Shown piece by piece: positions 46,997 through 56,920 of a stretch of 64,000 bases of DNA. The notes under the pieces were generated by a model. It worked only from the letters and a program-made list of their open reading frames with translations, searched no databases and had not been told where the DNA came from. A program made the position numbers and the translations under genes. Every line of letters begins with the position of its first letter. The stretch's first letter is position 1. The stretch is from contig JASLXV010000032.1 of NCBI GenBank assembly GCA_030740155.1, positions 87,361 through 151,360 of the forward strand, given 5' to 3'. Origin of the DNA: Dehalococcoidia bacterium (GTDB lineage Bacteria > Chloroflexota > Dehalococcoidia > Lucifugimonadales > UBA3495).

Positions 46997-47575
46997 GTGA
47001 AGATCCGATGTCAATGGCCCAAGAGCGACCTAATGATCGAGTACCACGACCGGGATTGGGGCGTGCCGATTCACGATGACCCAAAGCTCTTCGAGTTGCT
47101 GACGCTGGAGGGGGCCCAGGCCGGCTTGAGTTGGGAGACGGTCTTGCGGAAGAGAGAGGGCTACCGGGCGGCCTTCGACCACTTCGACGTCGAGAAGGTC
47201 GCTTCGTATGGCCTGGAACGAATCGAGGAGCTACTTCAGAACCCCGGCATCATCCGGAACCGCCGGAAGATCGAGGCGACGGTGGGAAACGCCGGGGCTT
47301 TTTTGGCGATTCAACAGGAGTTTGGCGCCTTCGACGGCTACGTATGGCGGTTCGTGGGCGGCAAGCCGGTAGACAACTCCCGGCAGGACCTTGCCGAGGT
47401 GCCGGCGACGACTCCCCTGTCCGATGAACTCAGCGCCGACCTGAAGCGGCGCGGCTTCAAATTCGTCGGCTCGACGATCTGCTACTCTTTCCTGCAGTCG
47501 GCCGGGCTGGTCAACGATCACACCGTCTATTGCTTCCGGAACCGGGAGATTGCCGGGCTGCCCGGTCTTGGCTGA
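46997..47575 (+). CDS. tag: DNA-3-methyladenine glycosylase I
   Basis: RC.W, YHD.DWG.P, LEGAQAGLSW, GFKFVG and NDH...C motifs; GTG start at 46997. Confidence 0.93.
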   Translation: MKIRCQWPKSDLMIEYHDRDWGVPIHDDPKLFELLTLEGAQAGLSWETVLRKREGYRAAFDHFDVEKVASYGLERIEELLQNPGIIRNRRKIEATVGNAGAFLAIQQEFGAFDGYVWRFVGGKPVDNSRQDLAEVPATTPLSDELSADLKRRGFKFVGSTICYSFLQSAGLVNDHTVYCFRNREIAGLPGLG

Positions 47576-47793
47576 ATCCGGGGACGGCGGCCGCTCCATC
47601 TGTATTGGCAGCGGCCGGGTAACATGAGGGGCTTACCCCGAAGGCTGCATACAGCGCAGGATTTGCCGAGGCTCACGAGGTCGCGATTGGGTTGTGCTGT
47701 CCCTTTTGCCCTCGCCGAGAATCCCCGTCGCGGGCCGCACGCCAAAGCAACCTTGGCGGGGCACTTGGGGCCCATCCAAATAACCAGCCACTG

Positions 47794-48000
47794 TGGTTCG
47801 ACAAGCTCACCACGAACGGGAAAAACCCGTACCAACGGGAGCATTCCGCACGAACGGGAAGGACCGTACCAACGGGAGCATTCCGCACGAACGGGAAAAG
47901 CCCGTACCAACGGGGGGCAATCCGCACGAACGGGAAAAGCCGGTAGTAACGGGGGTAAATCGCACCATCGGGGAGAACCCGTTCGTCCTGGGATTGTCGA
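47794..48000. repeat. Tandem array of four 37-39 bp units nested inside a palindromic element
   Basis: Units of CACGAACGGGAAAAACCCGTACCAACGGGAGCATTCCG at 47811, 47849, 47886 and 47925, decaying left to right. Confidence 0.85.
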
Positions 48001-48049
48001 TGGGCCGGGAGTAGCCTCGTTCGGGCTTGGCGGATCGGCTCTCCGGCCA

Positions 48050-48967
48050 CTAGAACAGGGCTATCGGGTTGACGGGAGAGCCGGTGCCTCCGATCACCAG
48101 CAAGGGATTGATGGTGAGCATGAATTCGTAGCGGCCCTCCGCGGCACAGGCCTCGGCCAGGGGCTGAAGCAAAGCGTTGTCAACCAGGCCGATGCCGTAG
48201 GCGAAGATAGACCCGTGGACCGACCAGGGGATGTCGTAGCCGTTGGGGTGGAAGTCCATCATGTCCCACACCAGCAGGCAACAGTCCGACTCCCGGATGA
48301 ACTTCAGGCAGGTTGAGTGCAGGCCCGGGCGCAAATTCCGGTCACTGCCCCAGGGTAGATTGCCGGCTTCGTTCCATTTCTCCCGGCCGCTGTACACCAC
48401 CAGGGCATCGCCGGGCGCCATGGTAATCCCTTCTTCTCTGGCGATGTCTTCCAGTTCCCAGCCGTGGACCGGCTTATCGGCGGTTACGAAGGGCTCCCCC
48501 CGGTGTTTGGGAACGTCCAGGAGGACGCCCCGGGTCGCGATGCCTTCTTTCCAGTTCTCCACCGATCCCCAGATGGCCCCGTCCATGGTGATCGCTTCGT
48601 CGGCATGCCGGCCGTTCCACATGCCGTTGGCGTCCCACACGTGGCAGAGGGCGTCCAAGTGGGTGGTGGCCGTGCCATGGTAGGAAATGCCATAGTAGTC
48701 GATCGCGGCGCCGGCCCCGGCGCCGCGATCCATGCGCTTCATATAGTGGATGGCCGGCGTGGGGTTGTTGGGAGCCGGCTTCTTGGGAAAAACGCGGCTC
48801 AGGGAAACGGCCCGGCCCGTCTGGACCAGCCGGGCTGCCGCCGCCCGCTTCTTGGGAGTCACCAGGTTGACCGCCCCCTTCTGGTCGTCGGCGCCCCAAC
48901 GGCCCCAGTTCCGGTCCTCCGCCAAGTATGCCAGTACCTCCGCCTTGGTTGGCACGCGACGCTCCAT
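48050..48967 (-). CDS. Cyclase (kynurenine formamidase-like) family metal-dependent hydrolase
   Basis: NWGRWG.DDQ.G..N, HGTATTHLDALCH, RGVLLD and GTGSPVNP motifs. Confidence 0.9.
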   Translation of the reverse strand: MERRVPTKAEVLAYLAEDRNWGRWGADDQKGAVNLVTPKKRAAAARLVQTGRAVSLSRVFPKKPAPNNPTPAIHYMKRMDRGAGAGAAIDYYGISYHGTATTHLDALCHVWDANGMWNGRHADEAITMDGAIWGSVENWKEGIATRGVLLDVPKHRGEPFVTADKPVHGWELEDIAREEGITMAPGDALVVYSGREKWNEAGNLPWGSDRNLRPGLHSTCLKFIRESDCCLLVWDMMDFHPNGYDIPWSVHGSIFAYGIGLVDNALLQPLAEACAAEGRYEFMLTINPLLVIGGTGSPVNPIALF

Positions 48968-49204
48968 GGGGCCCCTCCTTACTACTTAAGTCAGGCTGAT
49001 AGCGACAGGCAACAAACGCTGGGAGACAAACATTGGGGCGTGACCAGTGGTCCCCGCCAGGAAAATCGGTACCCCGTTGGCGGCTGGCCTAGGCACGGCC
49101 CGACGCCAACAGAATAGCAGACCGGCGGTGCGGCCGCAAAGCGGGTTTCGTGGGTGCATGAGGGCAGGGTGAGGAACGGTGGCTCCGGGCCGGTCCCCGC
49201 CCTT

Positions 49205-49640
49205 CTAACCGGCGCCGGGGGCGGACTCGCCGGCGGCCTTCCGGAGGCTGCCAAAAAACCGGTCCATCATCATCTTGGCGATGCTTTCCATCAGCCGCTG
49301 CCCCACCCGGGCCACGGGCCCGCCGGCTTGGGACTCGCTATCCACGGTCACGGTGGTCTTGCCCCCATGCTCCACCAGGGTAATGACCGCCTCTCCGCTG
49401 ACGAAGCCGCCACCGCCGGTGCCCTGGACCACCAGCCGGAAAGACCGGTGGGGGACCTGGTCCCGCATGGATATCGTGGCGTCGTAGCGGCCGCGAATCG
49501 GACCGACGCCTACGGTCAACACCGCCTGGTAGTCGTCGTTACCCACCGGGTTGAGGCCTTCACAGCCGGGTATGCAGCCAGCCAGGATTTCAGGGTCCGT
49601 TAACACCGTCCATACCTTCGTAGCGGCCTCGTCGAATTCG
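49205..49640 (-). CDS. CoxG/SRPBCC family protein
   Basis: VW..LTDP..LA.CIPGC and GP.ARVGQRL motifs; start MKIKASY. Confidence 0.88.
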
Positions 49641-49839
49641 TAGCTTGCCTTGATTTTCATCGGTAGCCTCAGCCGGCGGCGAACGCCGGGGTATTTGTCC
49701 CGCCAAGCCAGCGCCCTCGGCAAAACCGCCGGGTGGATTTGATCTCAGGATAAGCCGGGCTGGCCTACGCTCTATTCTTCTCGAATGAAGGATCCACCGT
49801 AAGAGCCCCAGCAGTGTACTCTTTTCGAAAATAACGCGG

Positions 49840-51081
49840 CTACAACCGCTCGTCGGCCAAGAGGAGCAGCTCCAGGAGCGTCTGAGCGCCGTTGGCGCAG
49901 TCCTCCGGTGTGGAGAACTCAGCGGGTGCATGGCTGATGCCGCCCTGGCTGGGAACGAAGATCATCGCCGAGTCGGTGATGGCGGCCATGGCCTGGGCGT
50001 CGTGCCCGGCGCCGCTGGGCAGCCTGGTGTGAGTGAGCCCGCAGCGATTGGCCGCCTCCTCCACCAGGGCCTGCACGGGCGGCTTGATGGGGACCGGCTG
50101 GCTCGCCCGATGGCACTCGATTTCCATTTCCACCCCGTCGGAGTCTGAAATCTCCCGGGCGGCTCGCCGGAGTTCTGCTTCGGCGGCGGTGAAGGCTTCC
50201 ATGCTCGTGTCTCGAAACTCCAGCCCGAGCCGGACGTTGCCGGGAATTACGTTTACGGCGTTGGGAATGACCTGAATGCTTCCCACCGTTGCCACCCGGC
50301 AAGCCTGAAGCTCCGAGGCCAGCCGCTGCACTGCCAGGATCAGCCTGGCGGCGCTCACTAGGGCATCCCGCCGGGCCGGCATCAGCGTTGTGCCGGCGTG
50401 GTTTGCCATGCCCTTGATCTCCACCTCGAAGACCGCTCGGCCGGTAATGGCGGTGACCACGCCGATGGGGATCTTCGACTGGAGGAGGGTGAGGCCCTGC
50501 TCGATGTGCAGCTCGAAATAAGCGGCCAGGTCCCCGGGCTTGCGGGCCGCCTCCCCAATGCGGGACAGGTCACCGCCGATGTCGGCCATCCGAACACTGA
50601 GGTGCACGCCCTCGTCGTCGACCGCGATCAGGTCCTCGGGCTCCAGCAGGCCGGCCATGGACCGGCTGCCGATGAGCCACCGGTGGAAGCGGGTGCCCTC
50701 TTCGTTGGTGAAGACCAGGGTCTCCACGGGATGGTGTAGGGTGACCCCGTTGTCGGCCAGGGTTTGAACGACCTCAATGGCTGCCATCACCCCCAGGGCG
50801 CCGTCGTATTTTCCGCCACCGGGCACCGTGTCGGTGTGTGAGCCCAGGGCAATGGCGGGCAGGCCGGGTACCGATCCAGCCCGGCGTCCGATGATGTTGC
50901 CCGCGGTGTCGATTCTGGTCTCCAATCCGGCCCCGTGCATCAGGGAGATGGCGTACTCCCGACCGGCGATGTCGGCCGGGGAGAAGGCGATGCGCTGCAT
51001 CCCCTCGGGGGTATCGCCGAAGCGGCCCAGCTCCTCGAGGGTGCGATTCAGCCTGGCGGAGTCAATCTTCAATGTGGGCAT
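49840..51081 (-). CDS. Zn-dependent amidohydrolase (allantoate amidohydrolase/N-carbamoylase, M20 family)
   Basis: GSHTDTVP.GG.YDG..GV, NEEG.RF, ELHIEQG, NHAGTT and SGAGHDA motifs. Confidence 0.92.
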   Translation of the reverse strand: MPTLKIDSARLNRTLEELGRFGDTPEGMQRIAFSPADIAGREYAISLMHGAGLETRIDTAGNIIGRRAGSVPGLPAIALGSHTDTVPGGGKYDGALGVMAAIEVVQTLADNGVTLHHPVETLVFTNEEGTRFHRWLIGSRSMAGLLEPEDLIAVDDEGVHLSVRMADIGGDLSRIGEAARKPGDLAAYFELHIEQGLTLLQSKIPIGVVTAITGRAVFEVEIKGMANHAGTTLMPARRDALVSAARLILAVQRLASELQACRVATVGSIQVIPNAVNVIPGNVRLGLEFRDTSMEAFTAAEAELRRAAREISDSDGVEMEIECHRASQPVPIKPPVQALVEEAANRCGLTHTRLPSGAGHDAQAMAAITDSAMIFVPSQGGISHAPAEFSTPEDCANGAQTLLELLLLADERL

Positions 51082-51174
51082 ACTCTTCAGACCTCTACTT
51101 GGTCGCAAGCTAAAGCTGCTAATTGGTCGTCTGCCGCCCTGCGGCAACCGGTAAATGCTTGGTTTCCCGGGAGG

Positions 51175-52347
51175 TTAGACCAGCACCCGGAAGCCGTAGC
51201 TGGGCTGGTTCAGGTCTCCGTCCCGGAAGCGGGACATCCGCAGCGGGGAGATGTCGATGGTGGTGGCCTTTCCGTCGAGCATCAACTCGGTCATCAGGAC
51301 ACCGACCATGGGGGACAGCTTGAAGCCGTGGCCGCTGAACCCGGTGCAGATGTACAGACCGTCGGAGCCCTCCATCCGGTCCATCACCGGGTGGGAGTCG
51401 GGGGTGCTGGTGTAGAGCCCGGCGTAGCCGGTGCTGTACTCCGCGTCTTCCAGCACCGGAATCCGGTGGGCTAGGCGGCTCCACACCTCCCGGATGAAGC
51501 TCTGGCTGGGCCGCTGCGCGTAGAACTCCGGGTTTTCGACCGGCTCTTCAATGTTCCCGTTGCCCACCAGAGTCAGGTCGGACCCCTCGGGGCGGAAGTA
51601 GACCAAGCGGTCGAGGTCGCCGCCGCCGGGATGGTAGGGCAGCAGCTCCATGGGCCGCTTCAGGTGAAACACCTCGTGGCGGGTGGCCTCCAGCGGCAGA
51701 TCGATCCCCTGTTGAAGCAGGAAGTGGCGGCTCCAGGGCCCGGTGGCCACCACCGCCATGGGGGTTTCTATCCGCTCGCCCGCGGTCTGGACTGCCACCA
51801 CCCGGCCCCCGTTGACCTCGACCCCGGTGGCCGGTGTCTGGAGCCGCACCGTGGCGCCAAGGTCCCTGGCCCGGCGGGCGTAGGCGGCGGCGGTCCCGGA
51901 GGGGTCGGCGTACCCGGACTGGGGCTCGTAGGCGATCTCGGCGCAATCGTCGAGGAAAAATCCGGGGGCGACCTCTTTGGCGTCTTCCCGGCTGATTATG
52001 CTGGTCTGGATGCCCACCGCCTGGTGCATGGCGATATTGGAGCGAAAGGCCGCGGCATCGGCATCCCCGGAAACGATGACAAAACCGGTCTGCACGAAGC
52101 CGCTGTCTCCCCCCACAATCTGGTCGAAGTCGCGGAGCACCTCCAGGCTGAGCCAGGCCATCCGGGCGTGGATCTCGTTGGAGTAGTGCATCCGTACCAC
52201 GCCGGAGGAGCGCCCCGTGGAGCCGGAGCCCAGCAGGTCACGCTCCAGCAGCACCACCTTCTTCAACCCTCGGGCGGCCAGGTTGTATAGGATGCTGCAT
52301 CCCATCACCCCGCCGCCAATGATAACCGCGTCGGCCTTTATGCTCAT
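51175..52347 (-). CDS. FAD-dependent oxidoreductase (sarcosine oxidase beta/DAO family)
   Basis: IIGGGVMG, GSTGRSSG, TPD..P and GFSGHGFK motifs. Confidence 0.92.
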   Translation of the reverse strand: MSIKADAVIIGGGVMGCSILYNLAARGLKKVVLLERDLLGSGSTGRSSGVVRMHYSNEIHARMAWLSLEVLRDFDQIVGGDSGFVQTGFVIVSGDADAAAFRSNIAMHQAVGIQTSIISREDAKEVAPGFFLDDCAEIAYEPQSGYADPSGTAAAYARRARDLGATVRLQTPATGVEVNGGRVVAVQTAGERIETPMAVVATGPWSRHFLLQQGIDLPLEATRHEVFHLKRPMELLPYHPGGGDLDRLVYFRPEGSDLTLVGNGNIEEPVENPEFYAQRPSQSFIREVWSRLAHRIPVLEDAEYSTGYAGLYTSTPDSHPVMDRMEGSDGLYICTGFSGHGFKLSPMVGVLMTELMLDGKATTIDISPLRMSRFRDGDLNQPSYGFRVLV

Positions 52348-52389
52348 GGCTTGCTCCTTGGGTGTTGGTCGAGTTGTGGATAGATGTTC

Positions 52390-52553
52390 GCCTCAGAGGC
52401 GCAGAGGACACAGAGATTAGGAAATCGCTCCCGTTAGTCTCTGTGTCCTCCGTGCCTCCGTGGCCCAAATAACCGGCAGAACAATGCTCACCACGGAGAT
52501 CGCGAGAGAAGAGACTTTCTTTTTAGTCTCTGTGTCCTCTGCGCCTCCGTGGC
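52390..52553. repeat. GCAGAG..CACAGAG palindromic repeat cluster (two inverted pairs)
   Basis: CAGAGGCGCAGAGGACACAGAGA / TCTCTGTGTCCTCTGCGCCTCCGTGG; related element at 56836-56908. Confidence 0.75.
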
Positions 52554-52567
52554 CAACAAGGCCAGCG

Positions 52568-53416
52568 CTAGAACACCGGCCGCCCCGGCACGTTGACGCG
52601 GATGCTGTAAAGGCCGGTCCGGGCCGTGACGTAGATCGTCTTGTAGTCGGGGCCGCCGAAGGCCAGGTTGGCGGGCAGCTGCGGGAACACCACCGTGCCC
52701 AGGTGCCGGCCCGACGGGTCCAGTACCCACAAGCCCCCGCCGCCGGTGACGTAGAGGTTGCCCTCGCTGTCCACCTTCATGCCGTCGGGATTGCCGGATG
52801 CGGGCACGGTCATGTCGATCAGCACGCGGGGGACGCCCAGGGACCCATCGGCGTTGACCGGGAAGGCCAGCACGTGGCGGCGCCGGGTGTCGTCGACGAA
52901 CAGGGTGGACTCGTCGATCGAGAATGCCAGGCCGTTGGGGCGTACCATGTCGGCCCGCAACAGGGTGATGGAGCCGTCCGGGTCGTAGCGATACACTCCG
53001 TTGAAACCCTGTTGGCCGGGGTCCGGGTCGATCCCGTAGGGCGGGTCGGTGAAGTAGATGCTGCCGCTGGAGTGGATCACGATGTCGTTGGGGCTGTTCA
53101 GCGGCTTGCCGTTGAAGCTGCGGACAAGGGGGACCATCTGCCCGGCGCCGTCCATCCGCGAGACCTGGCGGCCGCCGTGCTCGCAGGCGAGCAGGGTCCC
53201 GGATTGGTCGAAGGTGAGCCCGTTGGAATTGCGGCTGGGGTTGACGTAGGGTTCCGGCGCACTGCCCGGGGTGTAGCGGTAGATGGTGTCGCCGATGATG
53301 TCGCTGAAGAGCAGATAGCCCGAGGGGTGCCATACCGGGCCCTCGGTGAACTTGAACCCGGTGCCCAGGGTTTCCGGCTTCTGCTCGGGCACCAGGTCCC
53401 GGAGAGATAGTGGCAT
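52568..53416 (-). CDS. SMP-30/gluconolactonase family protein
   Basis: FTEGPVW, NSPND, FTDP.YG, PNGLAFS and PDGMKVD.EGN motifs. Confidence 0.93.
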   Translation of the reverse strand: MPLSLRDLVPEQKPETLGTGFKFTEGPVWHPSGYLLFSDIIGDTIYRYTPGSAPEPYVNPSRNSNGLTFDQSGTLLACEHGGRQVSRMDGAGQMVPLVRSFNGKPLNSPNDIVIHSSGSIYFTDPPYGIDPDPGQQGFNGVYRYDPDGSITLLRADMVRPNGLAFSIDESTLFVDDTRRRHVLAFPVNADGSLGVPRVLIDMTVPASGNPDGMKVDSEGNLYVTGGGGLWVLDPSGRHLGTVVFPQLPANLAFGGPDYKTIYVTARTGLYSIRVNVPGRPVF

Positions 53417-53600
53417 TGGCTAAACCTCCGAACGCTTGCACCGCCGGGACGGCCTGGCGATCCCGTACCAGTATATTCGCGGCCTTACGGCAGTGCAAAC
53501 GGACACGAGCCTCGAAATCCCCCCACCCCCCCGTTACGAAAGGGGGGCTTACCTGACGGCTGGCATTTAGCGGCCGGCCTTCGCCGGGTGCCGGGCCCTC

Positions 53601-53652
53601 TTGCCACGAACGGCTCCCGGTATATAATATATAACCGGTATATAATATATAA
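53601..53652 (+). promoter_or_regulatory. Promoter with a tandem AT-rich operator-like repeat
   Basis: TTGCCA-16 nt-TATAAT; CCGGTATATAATATATAA x2 at 53617-53652. Confidence 0.6.
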
Positions 53653-53706
53653 TAGGTATGCTCTGCGGCCGGGGTGGCCGCAACTCCATGCAGCGGAGGC
53701 GACCTA

Positions 53707-55068
53707 ATGGGCGCAACGGAAACGATTGCCAAATGGATTGTCAATACAAGCTATGAGGACATCCCACCCGACGCTATTCGCGTGGCCAACGAGTCTTGCT
53801 TCGACCTGTTGGGGGTCATCCTGGCCGGGTCGGTGCAGCCGGTCGGCGAGATAATCCAACAGTACATTGCCGATCAGGGCGGTGCTCCCCAGGCGACGGT
53901 ACTGTCTTCGGGGATGCAGACCACCCTGGCCAATGCGGCAATGGCCAACGGCACCATGGGGCATGCCCTGGACTACGACGACTTCGGCGGTTTTGGACAC
54001 CCCACAACGGTCATCTTCCCGCCGTTGCTGGCCCTGGGACAGAGTCTGGGCTCCACCGGCCGCGACCTGCTGGAAGCCTACGTCGTCGGCTGCGAGATCG
54101 GCCTGGCCATCTCCCATGCCACCCAGTACAACCAGATGCTCCGGGGCTTCCATAGCACCGCCGTTATCGGCCGGATGGCCAGCACGGCGGCCTGCGCCAA
54201 GCTGCTCAAGCTTGACGAGCACCAGACCAGGACGGCCCTCGGCATCGCCGGGTCCATGGCCGGCGGCCTGATCCACAACTTCGGCACCATGACCAAGCCC
54301 TTTCACGCCGGCATGGTCAGCCGCGACGGAGTGATGGCGGCGCAACTGGCCCAGCGGGGCCTCACCGCCGGGCAACAGGTCCTCGAGCACCCGGTGGGCT
54401 ACGCCGCCACGGTGCTGGGCGAGGGCATCTACGACCTGGACGTGATGGCGGATAACCTGGGCAAGCCTTTCCGCACCCAGGACGCGCTGATAATCAAGAA
54501 ATACCCTTGCTGCGGGGGCAACCACGCCATGCTGGACAGCCTGTTCGGAATGATGCGTGAACATAACTTCACCTACGAAGACGTGGCCAACGCCGAGGTT
54601 GACCAGTCCTTCGTCTCGGTGGTGATGCTGTACGGGGAGCCCGACGACCCGCTAAAGGGTAAGTTCAGCGCCAAGTACAACGTGGCGGCGGCCCTGGTGG
54701 ACGGCAAAGTGGCGGTCGATACCTTCTCCGAGGAGAAGATCGCCGAGGAAAAGATCCAGGAGACGATGGGCAAGGTACGCACCAAGGTCCTGTCCAAATG
54801 GGAACTGGCTGACGTGGATGCTCACCCGACCCTGCCCATCCGGATCACTTTGAAGGACGGGCGTGTCTTCGAGCATCACACCACCAGAGAGATGATCCTG
54901 GGCAGCCAGAAGAACCCTTGGGGCTTCGAGAACATCGCTGGCAAGTTCCGGGACAACGCGGCCCTGGCCCTCTCCGATGAAGGGGTAACCGCGGCCGTCG
55001 ATGCCTGGTCTGACATCACCCAGGTGACCGACCTCACCGAGGTCATCAGCCGCACGCTGGTGAAGTAA
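53707..55068 (+). CDS. MmgE/PrpD family protein, copy 1
   Basis: NGT.GHALDYDD..GHP, GFH, TMTKPFHAG and KKYPCC..NH motifs. Confidence 0.92.
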   Translation: MGATETIAKWIVNTSYEDIPPDAIRVANESCFDLLGVILAGSVQPVGEIIQQYIADQGGAPQATVLSSGMQTTLANAAMANGTMGHALDYDDFGGFGHPTTVIFPPLLALGQSLGSTGRDLLEAYVVGCEIGLAISHATQYNQMLRGFHSTAVIGRMASTAACAKLLKLDEHQTRTALGIAGSMAGGLIHNFGTMTKPFHAGMVSRDGVMAAQLAQRGLTAGQQVLEHPVGYAATVLGEGIYDLDVMADNLGKPFRTQDALIIKKYPCCGGNHAMLDSLFGMMREHNFTYEDVANAEVDQSFVSVVMLYGEPDDPLKGKFSAKYNVAAALVDGKVAVDTFSEEKIAEEKIQETMGKVRTKVLSKWELADVDAHPTLPIRITLKDGRVFEHHTTREMILGSQKNPWGFENIAGKFRDNAALALSDEGVTAAVDAWSDITQVTDLTEVISRTLVK

Positions 55069-55148
55069 AGCGCCGGCGTCCGCCGGTTCGGCATCTCCGC
55101 TCGAATTGCTGTCCTTTGATAGGGAAAGCAAAGCTTGAGTGTTGGGCG

Positions 55149-55194
55149 AAATCCCCCTTAGTCCCCCTTTATAAAGGGGGACTAAGGGGGATTT
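55149..55194. repeat. Perfect 46-bp palindrome
   Basis: AAATCCCCCTTAGTCCCCCTTTATAAAGGGGGACTAAGGGGGATTT; degenerate relative near 53514-53550. Confidence 0.85.
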
Positions 55195-55239
55195 ACTCCT
55201 CGTTAGGTTGAGGAACCTGTTCGCTGCTCAAATGGAGGG

Positions 55240-55330
55240 GTGTGGGGCTCTAGGCGGATGGGACCGCCTTCGATGACCATGATCAGCATTCCACGGCTCA
55301 CCGGGCCTCACGATTACCATGGTCGCCCGG
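55240..55330 (-). pseudogene. Decayed remnant of the 3' end of a MOSC gene
   Basis: CGGATGGGACCGCCTTCGATGACCATGATCAGCA and CACGATTACCATGGTCGCCCGG match 56952-56985 and 57062-57083. Confidence 0.75.
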
Positions 55331-55451
55331 CCGGGATTCCTCGATCCATCAGCGGCGCCTGACGGGTTTCGCCCGCAGCGTGCCGTGGTCACTTCCCTGT
55401 CCCGGGCCGGGAGTGGCAACCCGCGATTCCACCAGGATATGGAGGCTGCAA

Positions 55452-56810
55452 ATGGGCGCGACAGAAACAATTGCCCGCTGGATCGTCAACACCAACTACG
55501 AGGACATCCCACCCGACGCCATTCGCGTGGCCAACGAGTCCTGCTTCGACCTGTTGGGCGTCATTCTGGCCGGCTCGGTGCAGCCGGTGGGCGAGATAAT
55601 CCAGCAGTACGTGACCGACCAGGGGAGCGCCGCCCAGGCGACCGTGCTGTCTTCGGGAATGCAAAGCTCCCTGGCCAACGCGGCGATGGCCAACGGCACC
55701 ATGGGGCACGCCCTGGACTACGACGACTTCGGCGGCTTTGGCCACCCGACGACGATCTTGTTCCCGCCCCTGCTGGCCCTGGGGGAGAGCATCGGATCCT
55801 CCGGCCGCGACCTGATGGAAGCCTACGTCATCGGTTGTGAGGTCGGGATGGCCATCCAACATGCCACCCAGTACAACCAGATGAACAAGGGCTTCCACGG
55901 CACCGCCGTCATCGGCCGGCTGGCCAGCGTCTCGGCCTGCGCCAAGCTGCTCAAGCTCGATCAGCGCCAGACCACCATGGCCCTGGGCATCGCGGGGTCG
56001 ATGGCCGGCGGCCTGATTCACAACTTCGGCACCATGACCAAGCCCTTCCACGCCGGCATGGTCTGCCGCGATGGAGTGATGGCGGCGCAGCTGGCCCAGC
56101 GGGGCCTTACCGCCGGTGTCCAGATCGTGGAGCACCCGCTGGGCTTTGCCGGCACGGTTCTCGGTGAGGGTCTCTACGACCTGGATGAGATGGCCGAGAA
56201 CCTGGGCAATCCCTTTCGCATTCAGGACGCGATGATCATCAAGAAATACCCCTGCTGTGGGGGCAACCACGCCATGTTGGACAGCCTCTTCGGGATGATG
56301 CGGGAGCACAACTTCACCTACGAAGACGTGGCCAGCGCCGAGGTGGACCAGTCGTACATCTCGGTGGTCATGCTGTACACCGACCCCGACCCGCTAAAAG
56401 GCAAGTTCAGCGCCAAATACAACGTGGCAGCGGCGCTGGTGGACGGCGAGGTGGCCATCAACAGCTTCACCGAGGAGAGGATCGCCGACCCCAAGATCCA
56501 GGAGACGATGGCCAAGGTGAGCACCCGGGTCTTCGCAAAGTGGGAGATGGTGGCGGGAGACTTTCACCAGACCCTGCCGGTCCGAATCACGCTGAAGGAC
56601 GGGCGGGTTTTCGAGCACACCACGGCCTCGAACATGATTCTGGGCGCCCAGCAGAACCCCTGGGGCTTCGAGAACATCAAGGGCAAGTTCCGGGAAAACG
56701 CCCGGCTGGTCCTCGACGAGGAGGGGGTGGACGCGGCCGTTGATACCTGGTCCGACATCCCCGGGATGACCGACATCGCCGGGGCCGTCAGGAAGACGCT
56801 GGTGAAATAA
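55452..56810 (+). CDS. MmgE/PrpD family protein, copy 2
   Basis: Colinear and highly similar to copy 1; GGAGG RBS. Confidence 0.92.
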   Translation: MGATETIARWIVNTNYEDIPPDAIRVANESCFDLLGVILAGSVQPVGEIIQQYVTDQGSAAQATVLSSGMQSSLANAAMANGTMGHALDYDDFGGFGHPTTILFPPLLALGESIGSSGRDLMEAYVIGCEVGMAIQHATQYNQMNKGFHGTAVIGRLASVSACAKLLKLDQRQTTMALGIAGSMAGGLIHNFGTMTKPFHAGMVCRDGVMAAQLAQRGLTAGVQIVEHPLGFAGTVLGEGLYDLDEMAENLGNPFRIQDAMIIKKYPCCGGNHAMLDSLFGMMREHNFTYEDVASAEVDQSYISVVMLYTDPDPLKGKFSAKYNVAAALVDGEVAINSFTEERIADPKIQETMAKVSTRVFAKWEMVAGDFHQTLPVRITLKDGRVFEHTTASNMILGAQQNPWGFENIKGKFRENARLVLDEEGVDAAVDTWSDIPGMTDIAGAVRKTLVK

Positions 56811-56920
56811 CGGTGGCTAGGCGGGTGCGCCATTGACCGCAGAGCCGCAGAGGTCGCGGAGATATAAAGAAGATATCGAACCTCCGCGGCCTCTGCGGCT
56901 CCGCGGTGAAAAAGAGGGAG

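Noticed and set aside
47811..47962. Possible CRISPR array (about 38-bp periodicity)
   Set aside because: Units are head-to-tail with no unique spacers, and no cas genes are in the window; it is a tandem repeat.
49205..49640. CO dehydrogenase locus
   Set aside because: Only a lone CoxG/SRPBCC gene; no coxL/M/S in the window.
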